A program made the position numbers and the translations under genes. Below the pieces are notes generated by a model. It was not told the origin of the DNA. It ran no database searches and was given only the letters and a program-made list of their open reading frames with translations. A DNA stretch of 64,000 nt, from the NCBI GenBank assembly GCA_965652295.1, contig CBFGTS010000004.1:96001-160000 (forward strand), in the 5' to 3' direction. Shown here one piece after another: positions 10,297-20,125 of this stretch. Each line of letters begins with the position of its first letter. Within the stretch, counting starts at the first letter, position 1. This DNA comes from an uncultured Haloferula sp. (lineage in GTDB: Bacteria; Verrucomicrobiota; Verrucomicrobiia; Verrucomicrobiales; Akkermansiaceae).

Positions 10297-10339
10297 TACC
10301 CCTTGGGGGTTAAATCCGGGGGTTACCCGTCCGGGGGAT
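10297..10339. promoter_or_regulatory. Two NarL/LuxR-type 7-2-7 inverted repeats
   Basis: TACCCCT-TG-GGGGTTA (10297-10312) and TACCCGT-CC-GGGGGAT (10324-10339) upstream of the 1028-aa gene. Confidence 0.6.
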
Positions 10340-11001
10340 CAAAGATTCCACGGTCCCTGCTCTTTGGAATCGCGGAACTTCATCGCGGCTTCCGTTCGCG
10401 AGCGGACGTGAAGCTTTTCGTAGATGTGCTTCAGGTGGACGCGGACCGTTTCAGTGGAGATGCCAAGACGATGGGCGATTTCCTTGTTGGCCAGCCCCTC
10501 GCAGAGCAACTCGAGGATCTCGGTTTCGCGGGGGGAAAGGTTGATTTCCTCCTGCGGTTCGCGCGCCGGCTGGTGGAAGGCTTCGACGACGCGGCGGGCG
10601 ATCTCGGCACTCATCGGAGCTCCGCCGCTGAGCACGTCGCGGATCGCGTCGCGGACTTCGGCCGGCGTCGAGCGTTTGAGCAGGTAGCCGGATGCACCAG
10701 CTTTGAGCGCTGCGAAGATTTTGTCGTGATCCCGGTAAACCGTGACCATAACGACCTGCGTTTCCGGAAGGTGCTGTTTGAGCCGTGCCGTCGCCTCGAT
10801 TCCGGACATGCCGGGAAGGTTGATGTCCATGAGGATGACCTGGGGCCGGAAGGCGTCGATCTTCGGCAGGGCGTCCTCACCGCTGGTCCAGACGCCGAGG
10901 CATTGGAAGTCGTCCGAGGATTCGACGATTTTGCGGAGACCGTTGGCGAGCGCTGCGTTGTCTTCGACGATGGCGACGGTGATCGGTTTGGTTTTGCTCA
11001 T
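10339..11001 (-). CDS. NarL/LuxR-family DNA-binding response regulator
   Basis: Receiver domain (VEDN, LMDINLPGMSG, GASGYLLK) plus LuxR HTH (LSPRETEILELL, NKEIA, KLHVRSR). Confidence 0.93.
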   Translation of the reverse strand: MSKTKPITVAIVEDNAALANGLRKIVESSDDFQCLGVWTSGEDALPKIDAFRPQVILMDINLPGMSGIEATARLKQHLPETQVVMVTVYRDHDKIFAALKAGASGYLLKRSTPAEVRDAIRDVLSGGAPMSAEIARRVVEAFHQPAREPQEEINLSPRETEILELLCEGLANKEIAHRLGISTETVRVHLKHIYEKLHVRSRTEAAMKFRDSKEQGPWNL

Positions 11002-11018
11002 GGCGTGGAGGAAGAAGC

Positions 11019-13787
11019 TCAGGCTTGGGGAAGGGGCAGGCTGATGGTGACCACCGTGCCCTCGCTGGGCACGCTGTGGAAACGACAATCTCCGCCGGAA
11101 TCCTTCAAACGTTCCTTCAGGTTGAGGAGGCCGTGGCCCGACGAGTGCAGCGCGGAGTCGAAGCCTTTGCCGTTGTCGGTGATCCGGATGAGAAGTTCTC
11201 CCTGCTCGATTCCGATTCTCAGGGAAATGGTGTCGGCCTTGGAATGTTTGACGGCGTTGTTGAGCGCTTCGCGGGTGGCGAGGAAAACGTTGTGACGTCG
11301 GCGGGGACCGATGATGAGATCCGGGACCTGCCGTTCGATTTCGGCATGGAGCCGGATTCGGGCCGAGTCGAGAAACTCGCGGGCGAAGGCGGCGAGGTAC
11401 TCGATGAGTGACTTCAGGCTGTCCTCGCGGGGTGTCGTGGCCCAGACGATCTCATCGAGGGTGGTGACGACTTCGCGGGCTTTCGAGGAGAGGGTGTTGA
11501 CGGCCTGTGGCAGATCGTCGTCGTCCGGCTTCTCCGCGATGAGAGCGGATAGGATCGAGAGCTCGGTGAGGCTGGCACCGAGATCGTCGTGGAGGTCGCG
11601 GGAAATCCTGGACCGTTCCTTTTCCAGCAACTCCCGCAGGTGGAGTTCCTCCATCTTTCGGCGGAGCCTGCGTCGGGTCAGGAGCATGCCAACCGCCACC
11701 GCGAAGAGCGCGATGGCGACACCCGAAGCCGCCCAGAACCAAGGTAGCTGCCAGAAGTAGGGCCGCACTTTCAGCTGGATCGAGGCGGGAGCAGCCGAGG
11801 CACCATCGCCATTGGTCGCGATCACTTCGAACCGGTAGCGGCCGGGGGGGACCGACTCGTAGCTCATTTCGCGGCGTGCTCCGATGGGTTGGAAGGTGTC
11901 GTCGAGACCGACCAATCGGACCCGGTAGGTGACCTTTTCCGGGGCGGAGAGACAGACGCCCGTGTAGTGGAACTTCAGCCGCACGCGGCCGGGCCCTGCG
12001 GAGATGGTGTCGGGATGAAGTGGCACGGGAGTGCCGTTGATTTCCACCGGGCGGAACAGCAAGGTCGGGGGGAGGTTCTGGAGATCGATCTCCGAGGGCT
12101 GCACGCCCACCGGACCGCTGGTGGTGGGAAACCAGAGGGAACCATCGGGTTCCTGCCAAACACCCGGCTGCGAACCGCCGACGCATTCACGGGTGCTGAG
12201 CCCGTCGGAGCGATCAAGGCGTAGCCAGCGGGTGGGTTGACCGGGCTGGGTGAGGGAGCGCAGCAGGGAGTCTCTGCTGGCGCGGAGGATGCCACCGAGA
12301 GAGCCGAACCAGAAGTGGCCCTCGCCGGTTGCCACCATCCCCGTGAGACGGTCGTCCGGAAGCCCGGCCTCCGAGTCGAAGTTGTGCCACCGGCCCCCAT
12401 GCCACAGCCATAGGCCGGAGCCGATCGTAGCCACCCAGAGTTCATCGGGTCCCTGTGAATGAATGGCGGAAACGCGGCGGCCACCGTTCGCTGCGGGCAC
12501 GCCTAGATCGACGAATTCTCCGTTGCGCAGGGCGAGCACCCGGCCATCGGTCGTGCCGGAGTAGACCGTGCCGTCGGAACCGACTGTCAGGACCGAGCAC
12601 TCCGCCGGACGGGCCTCGGTCCCGATCTTGTAAATCTGTGGAAGTCCCTCCACCCAGCGGGCAATTCCGCGGCCGCCGCCGAACCACAGGGTTCCGTCCG
12701 CATCCTGAATGATCGAGTTCACCTTGGAGATTTCATCCAGCCCCGCGAAGGGTCGCGTGAAGCTCTTGCCGTCCCACTGAAAAACCGAACCATCCGTCGA
12801 GCCCGCCCAAAGCCGTCCGTCGCGATCCTCGAAAAGGCAGCTTACCGGCCGTTCGTAACCTCCAGCCACCAGCTCCAGGTGCTCGATTTCAGTCCCTCGC
12901 AGGCGGTCGAGCCCGCCTGCCCGGCCTGCGAGCCACCAACTGCCGTCGCGGGTCCGGATCAGGGTGCGGATGGCTTGATCCTCCAAGGATGAGCCGGGAG
13001 CCAGCTGCATCACCCGGCTGGGTCTCACGCGGATCACGCCCTGGACGGGACTGGCGATCCACAGGTTTCCCTCGCGATCCTCGAACATGTCATTGGCGGT
13101 GACCAAACCGTCGAGCAGCTCCACCGTGGCATCCGGCTGTTCGTTGTCTGCGGGACGGTGGAGAAGCTGCCGGCCGACGATTTCCCAGATGCCGCCGTCG
13201 CGCTTGACCAGCCTGCCGGAGCAGACCGGCGAAATCGTCCTGCCCCTCGCCGCTTGTTCCCGGATTTCGTCCAACATCACCTGCTCAAGCGCATCCGGAG
13301 GCGGATCGACCAGTTCCTGCCCATCAAGGCCGATGCGGAACAGCTTGTCTCCCTTGAGATAGTGGACCGTTTCCTCGAAGAGGACCAAATGGGTGACCAG
13401 CGGCGGGTTGGGTTCGCCATGATCTTCGACGACCCGGACGAGTCGGTCGCCCTGAACCTTCAGCAGCCCGCCTTGGAAGGTGGACACCCAGACGCTGCCG
13501 TCGTCAGGAGTCATCAGGCGGAAGAAGCCAAGCCGCCGGCCCCGGTACCCGGTGGTCCCGCTGATGAGCTTGAACTCGAAGCCGTCGAACCGGGCGAGGC
13601 CTTCCGCCGTCGCCACCCAGAGCAGCCCGTCTGGCGTCTGACCCAGCGATCGGACCACGTTTCCCGGCAGTCCTTCCTCGGATTGCCAGTTGCGGACGAG
13701 GAAATCTTGGGGGCGGTCGGCGGACTCCGCGCTCATGCCCGAGACGATCAGGGCAGCCAGGCAGGCGAGGAGGCGAAGCATCGTCAT
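11019..13787 (-). CDS. Sensor histidine kinase with two-component regulator propeller repeats, Y_Y_Y domain and HisKA_3/HATPase
   Basis: GLPGNVVRSL..PDGLLWVAT repeats, YRVRLVG..YESVPPGRYRFEV, TM helix, RISRDLHDDLGASL, EALNNAVKHS and DNGKGF. Confidence 0.92.
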   Translation of the reverse strand: MTMLRLLACLAALIVSGMSAESADRPQDFLVRNWQSEEGLPGNVVRSLGQTPDGLLWVATAEGLARFDGFEFKLISGTTGYRGRRLGFFRLMTPDDGSVWVSTFQGGLLKVQGDRLVRVVEDHGEPNPPLVTHLVLFEETVHYLKGDKLFRIGLDGQELVDPPPDALEQVMLDEIREQAARGRTISPVCSGRLVKRDGGIWEIVGRQLLHRPADNEQPDATVELLDGLVTANDMFEDREGNLWIASPVQGVIRVRPSRVMQLAPGSSLEDQAIRTLIRTRDGSWWLAGRAGGLDRLRGTEIEHLELVAGGYERPVSCLFEDRDGRLWAGSTDGSVFQWDGKSFTRPFAGLDEISKVNSIIQDADGTLWFGGGRGIARWVEGLPQIYKIGTEARPAECSVLTVGSDGTVYSGTTDGRVLALRNGEFVDLGVPAANGGRRVSAIHSQGPDELWVATIGSGLWLWHGGRWHNFDSEAGLPDDRLTGMVATGEGHFWFGSLGGILRASRDSLLRSLTQPGQPTRWLRLDRSDGLSTRECVGGSQPGVWQEPDGSLWFPTTSGPVGVQPSEIDLQNLPPTLLFRPVEINGTPVPLHPDTISAGPGRVRLKFHYTGVCLSAPEKVTYRVRLVGLDDTFQPIGARREMSYESVPPGRYRFEVIATNGDGASAAPASIQLKVRPYFWQLPWFWAASGVAIALFAVAVGMLLTRRRLRRKMEELHLRELLEKERSRISRDLHDDLGASLTELSILSALIAEKPDDDDLPQAVNTLSSKAREVVTTLDEIVWATTPREDSLKSLIEYLAAFAREFLDSARIRLHAEIERQVPDLIIGPRRRHNVFLATREALNNAVKHSKADTISLRIGIEQGELLIRITDNGKGFDSALHSSGHGLLNLKERLKDSGGDCRFHSVPSEGTVVTISLPLPQA

Positions 13788-13844
13788 GGTTTGGCGGGTC
13801 CCGGTGATCCTGTCGAGTCCGGGGAGCGGTCGGCCGAAGCGTAT

Positions 13845-13874
13845 AAAAGCCGCCTTCCCACGAGGGAAGGCGGC
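13845..13874 (-). terminator. Intrinsic terminator after PEP-CTERM gene
   Basis: AAAA-GCCGCCTTCCC-ACGA-GGGAAGGCGGC. Confidence 0.75.
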
Positions 13875-13898
13875 CGGATGCCGGGTCGGCGAGAAGTG

Positions 13899-14681
13899 TC
13901 AGCGCCGGCGACGGAAGAAGCCGAGAATCCCGAGTCCGCCGAGGAGGGCGATCGAGGGTTCCGGAACCTCTTGAATCGCGATGTCGTCAAAGAAGGCTTC
14001 GGAGCGGCTGTTGGTGGTGTCCGAGTCAAAATAGCGGATTTGCATGTAGACGGTGCTTCCGGCGCTCACTCCGGAGCCGCTGAGGTCGAAATCCATTTGC
14101 CAGCTCTCCGCAAGCGCCTGCCCGACCGGATTGAGGGTTGTGAGATCGATGTCGAGCGTGCCGCTCTGCGGGGAAAAGGTACCTCCAGCACTGGCTCCGA
14201 CCGTCATCGCACCGATCTGGGTGAGACCCACGGTGGCGTCCAGCGAGCTGCCATTGGCGAGCGTCGCCGAGCCATCGTCATACCAAAGACTGAGCTGGAT
14301 GATCGCGGCGTGACGTCCGGTTCCCGCGCGGTCGCCGCGGTCGGACGAGATGCCCGTCACCCTCAGGTCGGACACACCCGGCGAAAGCGTACCGAGCGAC
14401 TGATGGAAGTAGATGTCACCGATGGTTCCGGCCGAGTTGCCCGACAGAGCCCCCCAGTTGTTGCCGGCTCCGCCTCCCAGGCCGTCACTGTCTTTGAGCC
14501 ATTCGACCCAGCCTCCCGTGGGGGTGGATTCAAACCAGGAGGTGACGTCGACGGTGCTGCCCTCGGAGTTGTTGGAAACCGCGTCGGCTTCGAAGTCGCC
14601 GTTGGTGACAACGAGGGCGGCGGAGGCGGGAAGTGCCGCGCCCAAGGCGACGAGGGCGGCCAGCATTGGTTGTTTTTTCAT
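13899..14681 (-). CDS. PEP-CTERM sorting domain protein
   Basis: Signal peptide; C-terminal VPEPS, TM helix and RRRR. Confidence 0.9.
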   Translation of the reverse strand: MKKQPMLAALVALGAALPASAALVVTNGDFEADAVSNNSEGSTVDVTSWFESTPTGGWVEWLKDSDGLGGGAGNNWGALSGNSAGTIGDIYFHQSLGTLSPGVSDLRVTGISSDRGDRAGTGRHAAIIQLSLWYDDGSATLANGSSLDATVGLTQIGAMTVGASAGGTFSPQSGTLDIDLTTLNPVGQALAESWQMDFDLSGSGVSAGSTVYMQIRYFDSDTTNSRSEAFFDDIAIQEVPEPSIALLGGLGILGFFRRRR

Positions 14682-14750
14682 AGAGGTTTTCTTCATGAAG
14701 CTAGGGGTAGGCTACAGCGGCATCTTCGTTAGAGTGGCTGCGGGATGGCT

Positions 14751-14770
14751 ATAACCCGTTGGGGTAAATC
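14751..14770. promoter_or_regulatory. NarL-like box upstream of PEP-CTERM gene
   Basis: ATAACCCGTTGGGGTAAATC; minus strand reads TACCCCA-AC-GGGTTAT. Confidence 0.5.
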
Positions 14771-14859
14771 GCTGATTTGGAGGAGGTCGCGATGCTGAGG
14801 CGGCGAGGACAGGCGGCTGCGGCGGACGTCCCGGCTCTTCTCCCGAAGCGCGGCGTTCC

Positions 14860-14895
14860 AAAAGAAGGCGCCGGCTTCCGAAAGGAGGCCGGCGC
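14860..14895 (-). terminator. Intrinsic terminator
   Basis: GCGCCGGCTTCC-GAAA-GGAGGCCGGCGC with an A-rich flank on +. Confidence 0.7.
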
Positions 14896-14923
14896 GCATT
14901 GACTCTGATGCGTGAATCAGAAA

Positions 14924-15679
14924 TCAGGACCTCCGGCGATGGAGCAGCCCGAGTACACCGAGGCCGCCGAGGAGAGCGACGGAAGGTTCGGGGACGTAGT
15001 CGACCGTCAGCGTCGGAACTTGGACGTCGGTGTTTTCGCTGGAAGCGAAAGCCATCCCGCGGTTGGCGGCGCTGTCCGGGTTGAAGAACATGAAGGTCAC
15101 CAGGCCATTGTCCGAAAACCGTGTCTGGACGAAGGCTGTGACTGCGGCTCCGGTCAGGTCCACCGTGGTACCCGAAGTCACTGTGTCCAAACCTGCAAAG
15201 CTCGTCGAACGGCTGTCTCCAGAGCTGAAGGGATCGGTAATGGTCGCAATGGAGGTGGCTGTCAGTTCATCCCCGGTGGTGGAGAAAGTCAGGGTGGATT
15301 CGTCCCAGTTTTGGGGCGTGTTGCCTGCCGTGCTGTTCAAACCGAAGATATCGATCCGGCCGGTCACGAGCGTGTCACTCCGGTCCGAACCGGTGAGGCC
15401 GTTGCCGGGGTTTGAACCAAGTTTGGTGAGAGTGAAGTTGACGGAGGTGATCGAGGAGCCTACGGGAATCGTGGAGAGGTCGAACTGGACGTAGGACATC
15501 GCGTTGAGGTTCCCATCGAAGCGATAGATGTCGAGGTCGACATCGGATCCCGTGTTCGCTTCGGTGTAGCCGGTGTTTCCATCCCGGTGCCAGACCGTCG
15601 CGTCGTGGACGGGGGTCAGGTTGGTCGTCGCTGCCAATGCTGGAGACGCCAGGAGTAGCGTATAGGGGAGTCGTTTCAT
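14924..15679 (-). CDS. PEP-CTERM protein with DNRLRE-like domain
   Basis: Signal peptide, DATVW, YVQFDLS, WDESTLTF and FASSEN..PTL; C-terminal VPEPS, TM helix and RRRS. Confidence 0.88.
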   Translation of the reverse strand: MKRLPYTLLLASPALAATTNLTPVHDATVWHRDGNTGYTEANTGSDVDLDIYRFDGNLNAMSYVQFDLSTIPVGSSITSVNFTLTKLGSNPGNGLTGSDRSDTLVTGRIDIFGLNSTAGNTPQNWDESTLTFSTTGDELTATSIATITDPFSSGDSRSTSFAGLDTVTSGTTVDLTGAAVTAFVQTRFSDNGLVTFMFFNPDSAANRGMAFASSENTDVQVPTLTVDYVPEPSVALLGGLGVLGLLHRRRS

Positions 15680-15835
15680 CGGGTTTTGTGGTGTTGGATT
15701 GCGTTGTGGGTTCCGGGGGAGAAACCGGTTCCGGGGAGAGCTGACCGTCTAGACAAAGTGGTCAACGTGCCTGGGTCCATGGAGACTGCTGGGAACCTAC
15801 TAGTGACGTTAGGGAGAGAGCGGCCGTCGGTGCCA

Positions 15836-15888
15836 TACCTCTTAGGGGGTAGAATCCGATTCTTGGCTGAGCTACCCCATCAGGGTGA
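15836..15888. promoter_or_regulatory. Two NarL-like 7-2-7 boxes in the divergent PEP-CTERM/PL11 promoter region
   Basis: TACCTCT-TA-GGGGGTA (15836-15851) and TACCCCA-TC-AGGGTGA (15873-15888). Confidence 0.6.
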
Positions 15889-15924
15889 ACAACCGCGGTG
15901 CAAGAACCGGGTTGGACGGCGGTA

Positions 15925-17769
15925 ATGAGAGGGATGATCCGGATGGGACGAGCGATGGCGGTGTCGGGAATGATGGCGGTGACTCCTCTTCACGCATGGC
16001 AACCCGCGGAGACGCTCGACCGCGGGCTCGTGGCGGTCCGACAGGATGACGCGGTGTTCCTGAGCTGGAGGCTGCTGGCGAGCGATCCGGACGATGCGGC
16101 TTTCGAGGTTTTCCGGCTCGGCGGAGCAAAGCCGCTGCGGCTCTCGCCCGAGCCGCTGACCTCGGCCACGTGCTTCCTGAATCCTGAAGGCGGTGACCGC
16201 TATGTGGTCAAGCGGGCCGGGAGCGACGAACGGTGGGAAGTGGAGGTACGGGAAAGACCGTATTTCGACATCCCGATCGACCCTCCCGAGGGCTACCGTC
16301 CGGGCGATTGCTCGGTCGGGGATCTGGATGGCGACGGCCAGTGGGAGATCGTGGTCCACATGGTCGGCCGTGGCCGTGACAACGGATCGCCGGGAATGAC
16401 CACGCCGCCGGTGCTGGAGGCCTACAAGCTGGACGGGACCAAGCTTTGGCGGATCGACCTCGGCAAAAACATCCGGGAGGGGGAGCATTACACCCAGTTC
16501 ATGGTCTATGATCTGGATGGGGACGGCCGGGCCGAGGTGGCCTGCAAGACCGCGGATGGCAGCATGGATGGAAAGAGGAGAGTGATCGGAGACCCTGACA
16601 AGGACTGGAGGAACCTTGAGGAGGGCACGCAGCGATACGGGCGCATTCTGACCGGTCCCGAGTTTCTCACCGTCTTCGAGGGGAAGACCGGGGCCGCTCT
16701 TGCGACGACCGACTTCATTCCGGGGCGGGAACCGATCGGCGGCTGGGGGGGAGTCGGTGGAAATGGCGGCAACGACGTTTATGGCAACCGCTGCGACCGG
16801 TTTCTCGCCTGCGTGGCCTATCTCGATGGGGAGCGGCCGAGCCTGGTGATGACCCGCGGCGTGTATGGCAGGATCGTGATGGCGGCATGGGACTGGCGTG
16901 GCGGGGAACTGACTTCCCGTTGGGTTTTCGATAGCGGAAGCGGCCTTGGGCCCGATCCGTCACCTTTCGCCGGGATGGGCGGCCACTCGCTTTCCGTGGC
17001 GGATGTGGATGCGGATGGCAGGGACGAGATCGTCTTTCAGGCGATGACCGTGGATGACGACGGGCAGGGTCTGTACTCGACCGGTCGCCGTCACGGCGAC
17101 TCGATGCACGTCAGCGACTTCGATCCGCAGCGCCCCGGGATGGAGCTTTACCTGATCACCGAGAATGAAGATGACACCGTGCGCTGGCGGACGCCGGGTG
17201 CCGGCTTGCACGATGCCCGGACCGGCGAACTCCTGTGGAGCCACAGTCCCGGGGTGGACATCAGCGAGGGCGTGGTGGCGGACATCGATCCCCGCCACCC
17301 CGGAGCGGAAGTCTGGGGCGGGCCCGGCGGGCTGCGGACGATCAGGGGCAAGGAAATCGGGAGACGGCCGAGACTGTCTGAATGGGTGATCTGGTGGGAC
17401 GGAGACCTGCTCCGGGAGATCTACGGAGGATACCGTATTTTCAAATGGGATTGGGAAGAGCAGGTCGAAAAGGAGGTATTCGAAGCGGAGCGACCCTTTC
17501 CCGACCGGGGTCGGCGCTGGGGGTTCGGCGGAGCCCGGCCGAGTCTCACCGCCGATCTGATCGGGGATTGGAGGGAGGAACTGCTGCTGGTGGGTCCCGG
17601 GGCGAAATCCCTGCGTCTCTATACCACCACGATGCCGACCGATCACCGGATGGTCTGCCTGATGCAGGAGCGCCAGTACCGGCTTTCGGTGGCGTGGCAG
17701 AACGTCGTTTACAACAAGCCGCCGCACACCTCGAAGTTCATCGGGGAAAACGAGGTGCCGGGGGATTGA
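15925..17769 (+). CDS. Rhamnogalacturonan lyase, PL11 (YesW-like)
   Basis: ETLDRGLVA, FLSWRLL, DCSVGDLDGDG, LWRIDLGKNIR..HYTQFMVYD, HGDSMH and YRLSVAWQNVVYNKPPH; exact start uncertain. Confidence 0.9.
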   Translation: MRGMIRMGRAMAVSGMMAVTPLHAWQPAETLDRGLVAVRQDDAVFLSWRLLASDPDDAAFEVFRLGGAKPLRLSPEPLTSATCFLNPEGGDRYVVKRAGSDERWEVEVRERPYFDIPIDPPEGYRPGDCSVGDLDGDGQWEIVVHMVGRGRDNGSPGMTTPPVLEAYKLDGTKLWRIDLGKNIREGEHYTQFMVYDLDGDGRAEVACKTADGSMDGKRRVIGDPDKDWRNLEEGTQRYGRILTGPEFLTVFEGKTGAALATTDFIPGREPIGGWGGVGGNGGNDVYGNRCDRFLACVAYLDGERPSLVMTRGVYGRIVMAAWDWRGGELTSRWVFDSGSGLGPDPSPFAGMGGHSLSVADVDADGRDEIVFQAMTVDDDGQGLYSTGRRHGDSMHVSDFDPQRPGMELYLITENEDDTVRWRTPGAGLHDARTGELLWSHSPGVDISEGVVADIDPRHPGAEVWGGPGGLRTIRGKEIGRRPRLSEWVIWWDGDLLREIYGGYRIFKWDWEEQVEKEVFEAERPFPDRGRRWGFGGARPSLTADLIGDWREELLLVGPGAKSLRLYTTTMPTDHRMVCLMQERQYRLSVAWQNVVYNKPPHTSKFIGENEVPGD

Positions 17770-17779
17770 GCCTGTCTTC

Positions 17780-18832
17780 TCAGGCCGTAGGGAAAAACCT
17801 CCGCTTCAAGGCGAAGGAAACGTGAACGAGGCCGATCAACGCAGGGACCTCGACCAGCGGCCCGACGACCGCCGCAAAGGCCACACCGGATTCGATGCCG
17901 AAGACCGCGATGGCCACCGCGATGGCCAGCTCGAAGTTGTTGCCCGCTGAAGTGAAGGCAACGCTGGCGGTGCGTGGGTAGTCGGCACCGAGCTTGGCTG
18001 CCATGACGAAGCTGATCAGGAACATCACGGCGAAGTAGATCACCAGGGGAATCGCGATCCGCAGCACATCCATCGGCAGCTTCACGATCGCATCGCCCTT
18101 GTAGGTGAACATCACCACGATGGTGAAGAGCAGCGCCACCAGAGTGAGCGGTGCGATCCGGGGAATGAACTTCGTCTCGTACCACGCCACGCCATTGAGC
18201 TTGGTCAGCACCAGCCGGGTCAGCATTCCGGCGAAAAACGGGATGCCGAGGTAGATCATGACCGAGGCGAAGATCTCGGACATGGCGATTTCCACCACCG
18301 CGCCCTCCAGCCCCACCAGAGGCGGAAGCACGGTGATGAACAGCCAGGCATAAGCGCCGTAGAAGAGGATCTGGGCGATGCTGTTCAGTGCCACCAGGCC
18401 GGCGGCATATTCCGAAGAACCCTTCGCGAGATCGTTCCACACCAATACCATCGCAATGCAACGGGCGAGACCGACGAGGATCAGGCCGACCATGTAGTCC
18501 GGCTGGTCGCGCAGCAGCAGGATCGCCAGCACCCACATCACCACCGGCCCGATGAGCCAGTTCTGCACCAGCGAGAGACCGAGGATGCGCGGGTTGGCGA
18601 AGACGCGGGGCAATTCGCCGTAGCGGACCTTGGCCAAGGGCGGATACATCATCACGATGAGCCCGATCGCCAGCGGCAGGTTCGTGGTACCGACGGTGAA
18701 GGGCGCGAAAAACGCCTCAGGATCCGCGATGAGGAAGCGGCCGATCAGGATCCCCATGGCCATGGCGGCGAAAATCCAGACCGTGAGGTAACGGTCTAGA
18801 AACGACATGCGCGCGGCGATGTGCTCGGACAT
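17780..18832 (-). CDS. acr3: ACR3-family arsenite efflux pump
   Basis: [41 protein letters not shown] and GPLVEVP. Confidence 0.95.
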   Translation of the reverse strand: MSEHIAARMSFLDRYLTVWIFAAMAMGILIGRFLIADPEAFFAPFTVGTTNLPLAIGLIVMMYPPLAKVRYGELPRVFANPRILGLSLVQNWLIGPVVMWVLAILLLRDQPDYMVGLILVGLARCIAMVLVWNDLAKGSSEYAAGLVALNSIAQILFYGAYAWLFITVLPPLVGLEGAVVEIAMSEIFASVMIYLGIPFFAGMLTRLVLTKLNGVAWYETKFIPRIAPLTLVALLFTIVVMFTYKGDAIVKLPMDVLRIAIPLVIYFAVMFLISFVMAAKLGADYPRTASVAFTSAGNNFELAIAVAIAVFGIESGVAFAAVVGPLVEVPALIGLVHVSFALKRRFFPTA

Positions 18833-18845
18833 GATTCGAGAAGAG

Positions 18846-19265
18846 TCAGCGTTGATCGAGGCGTCCGTCGGCATAGGCCGTGAACACCTGCAGGATTTCG
18901 TCGCGCACCCGCCGGAACACGGCGAATTGCTCCTCCTCCGTGCCCTCGGCGTGCGCCGGGTCATCGAAGGGGTAGTGGTGCCGGTTCATCTGGCCGGGGA
19001 AAGCCGGGCAGGCTTGGTCGGCGTTGCCGCAGACGGTGATGACTGTTTCGACGTCCCGGTCGAGGAAAGTATCGAGGTGCTTCGAGGTATGGGCGGAGAT
19101 GTCGATGCCGATTTCGGCGAGGGCGCGGATGGCGAGCGGGTGGACGTAGCCTGCTGGCTTGGAGCCGGCGGAGGCGACTTCGAAAGCCGGGCCGAGCGCC
19201 CGTTGGAGGATGCCTTCGGCCATGTGGGAGCGGCAGGAATTGCCGGTGCAGAGGATGAGGATCAT
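18846..19265 (-). CDS. arsC: Arsenate reductase, LMW-PTP fold (thioredoxin-type)
   Basis: CTGNSCRS P-loop, ITVCGNA..ACP and FDDP; ars operon context. Confidence 0.9.
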   Translation of the reverse strand: MILILCTGNSCRSHMAEGILQRALGPAFEVASAGSKPAGYVHPLAIRALAEIGIDISAHTSKHLDTFLDRDVETVITVCGNADQACPAFPGQMNRHHYPFDDPAHAEGTEEEQFAVFRRVRDEILQVFTAYADGRLDQR

Positions 19266-19282
19266 GGGAGTGGTGGTGGAGA

Positions 19283-19759
19283 TCAGCAGCAGCCGGAACC
19301 GGGGGTGCAGAGGTTCTTTTGGCCGGGCAGGGGCGGCAGGCTGAAGTCCGGGATGCAGAGTTCCTTGGCGAGGCAGTCGGTGTGTTTCAGCCCGGTATGG
19401 AAACGGAGGACGTCATCGAGGACCTCGCAGCGGGTGATCGGAAGCTGCGTCAGCACGGGAGCCTCGTGCTCAATCTCCACGGGAAGTTCCGTACTTGGCA
19501 GCAGGCCGTCGGCGCGGTCGAAAATGGCGAGCAGTTTCAAGGCTTTGAGGCGGTGATCGGTATCCTCGGCAATCCACACCTGAAGCAGGCAGGAACCTAC
19601 GGTGTGGCGCTTGCCGCCGCAGTCGATGAAGGATTTGGCGAGGTGCCCGACTTCGGTGATGTGGAAATGGGCGGGCACGTCCGAGCCATCGGGAGTGGCG
19701 AAGATGATCCCGTGATCAGGATGCCCGCGGAGGAGGTCGAGGAATTGTTTCGTGGTCAT
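19283..19759 (-). CDS. DUF6428-like arsenic-operon protein with C-terminal Cys pair
   Basis: [22 protein letters not shown] and C-terminal CTPGSGCC. Confidence 0.75.
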   Translation of the reverse strand: MTTKQFLDLLRGHPDHGIIFATPDGSDVPAHFHITEVGHLAKSFIDCGGKRHTVGSCLLQVWIAEDTDHRLKALKLLAIFDRADGLLPSTELPVEIEHEAPVLTQLPITRCEVLDDVLRFHTGLKHTDCLAKELCIPDFSLPPLPGQKNLCTPGSGCC

Positions 19760-19779
19760 GAGGAGAGAGGAAGGGGGGC

Positions 19780-20079
19780 TCAGCAGCCGCAGTCGGAGTC
19801 GCAGCCGCCGATGTCTTCGATGCAGCGGAGGAAGGTCGGGAGGCACTCGCAGGCGATCCGGTAGCGGACCTGTTGGCCGCATTTCTCGCAGTCGATCCAG
19901 CCCGCCTTGCGCATCAGGGTGAGGTGCTTCGAAACCGTCGACAGGTCGCCGCCGACCAGTGCCTGGAGCTCGGAAACGCAGCGCGGCCCGGCATTCAGCG
20001 CCTGGATGATCTCAAGGCGCGCCGGGTGGGCGAGGGCCTTGATGATCTGAACTTTGCGGTCGAGGCTCAGCGCGTTCAT
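19780..20079 (-). CDS. arsR: ArsR/SmtB family repressor
   Basis: KALAHPARL, RCVSEL and STVSKHL; Cys-rich C-terminus. Confidence 0.9.
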   Translation of the reverse strand: MNALSLDRKVQIIKALAHPARLEIIQALNAGPRCVSELQALVGGDLSTVSKHLTLMRKAGWIDCEKCGQQVRYRIACECLPTFLRCIEDIGGCDSDCGC

Positions 20080-20080
20080 T

Positions 20081-20119
20081 ACTTGGCGAAAGTGCCAAGC
20101 TTGGCGATTTTGTCAAATA
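20081..20119 (-). promoter_or_regulatory. arsR promoter/operator: tandem imperfect palindromes overlapping a TTGACA -35
   Basis: CTTGGCGAAAGTGCCAAG followed by CTTGGCGATTTTGTCAAA. Minus strand has TTGACA (20111-20116), N16, CACTTT, then ATG 9 nt later. Confidence 0.7.
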
Positions 20120-20125
20120 TCTTGG

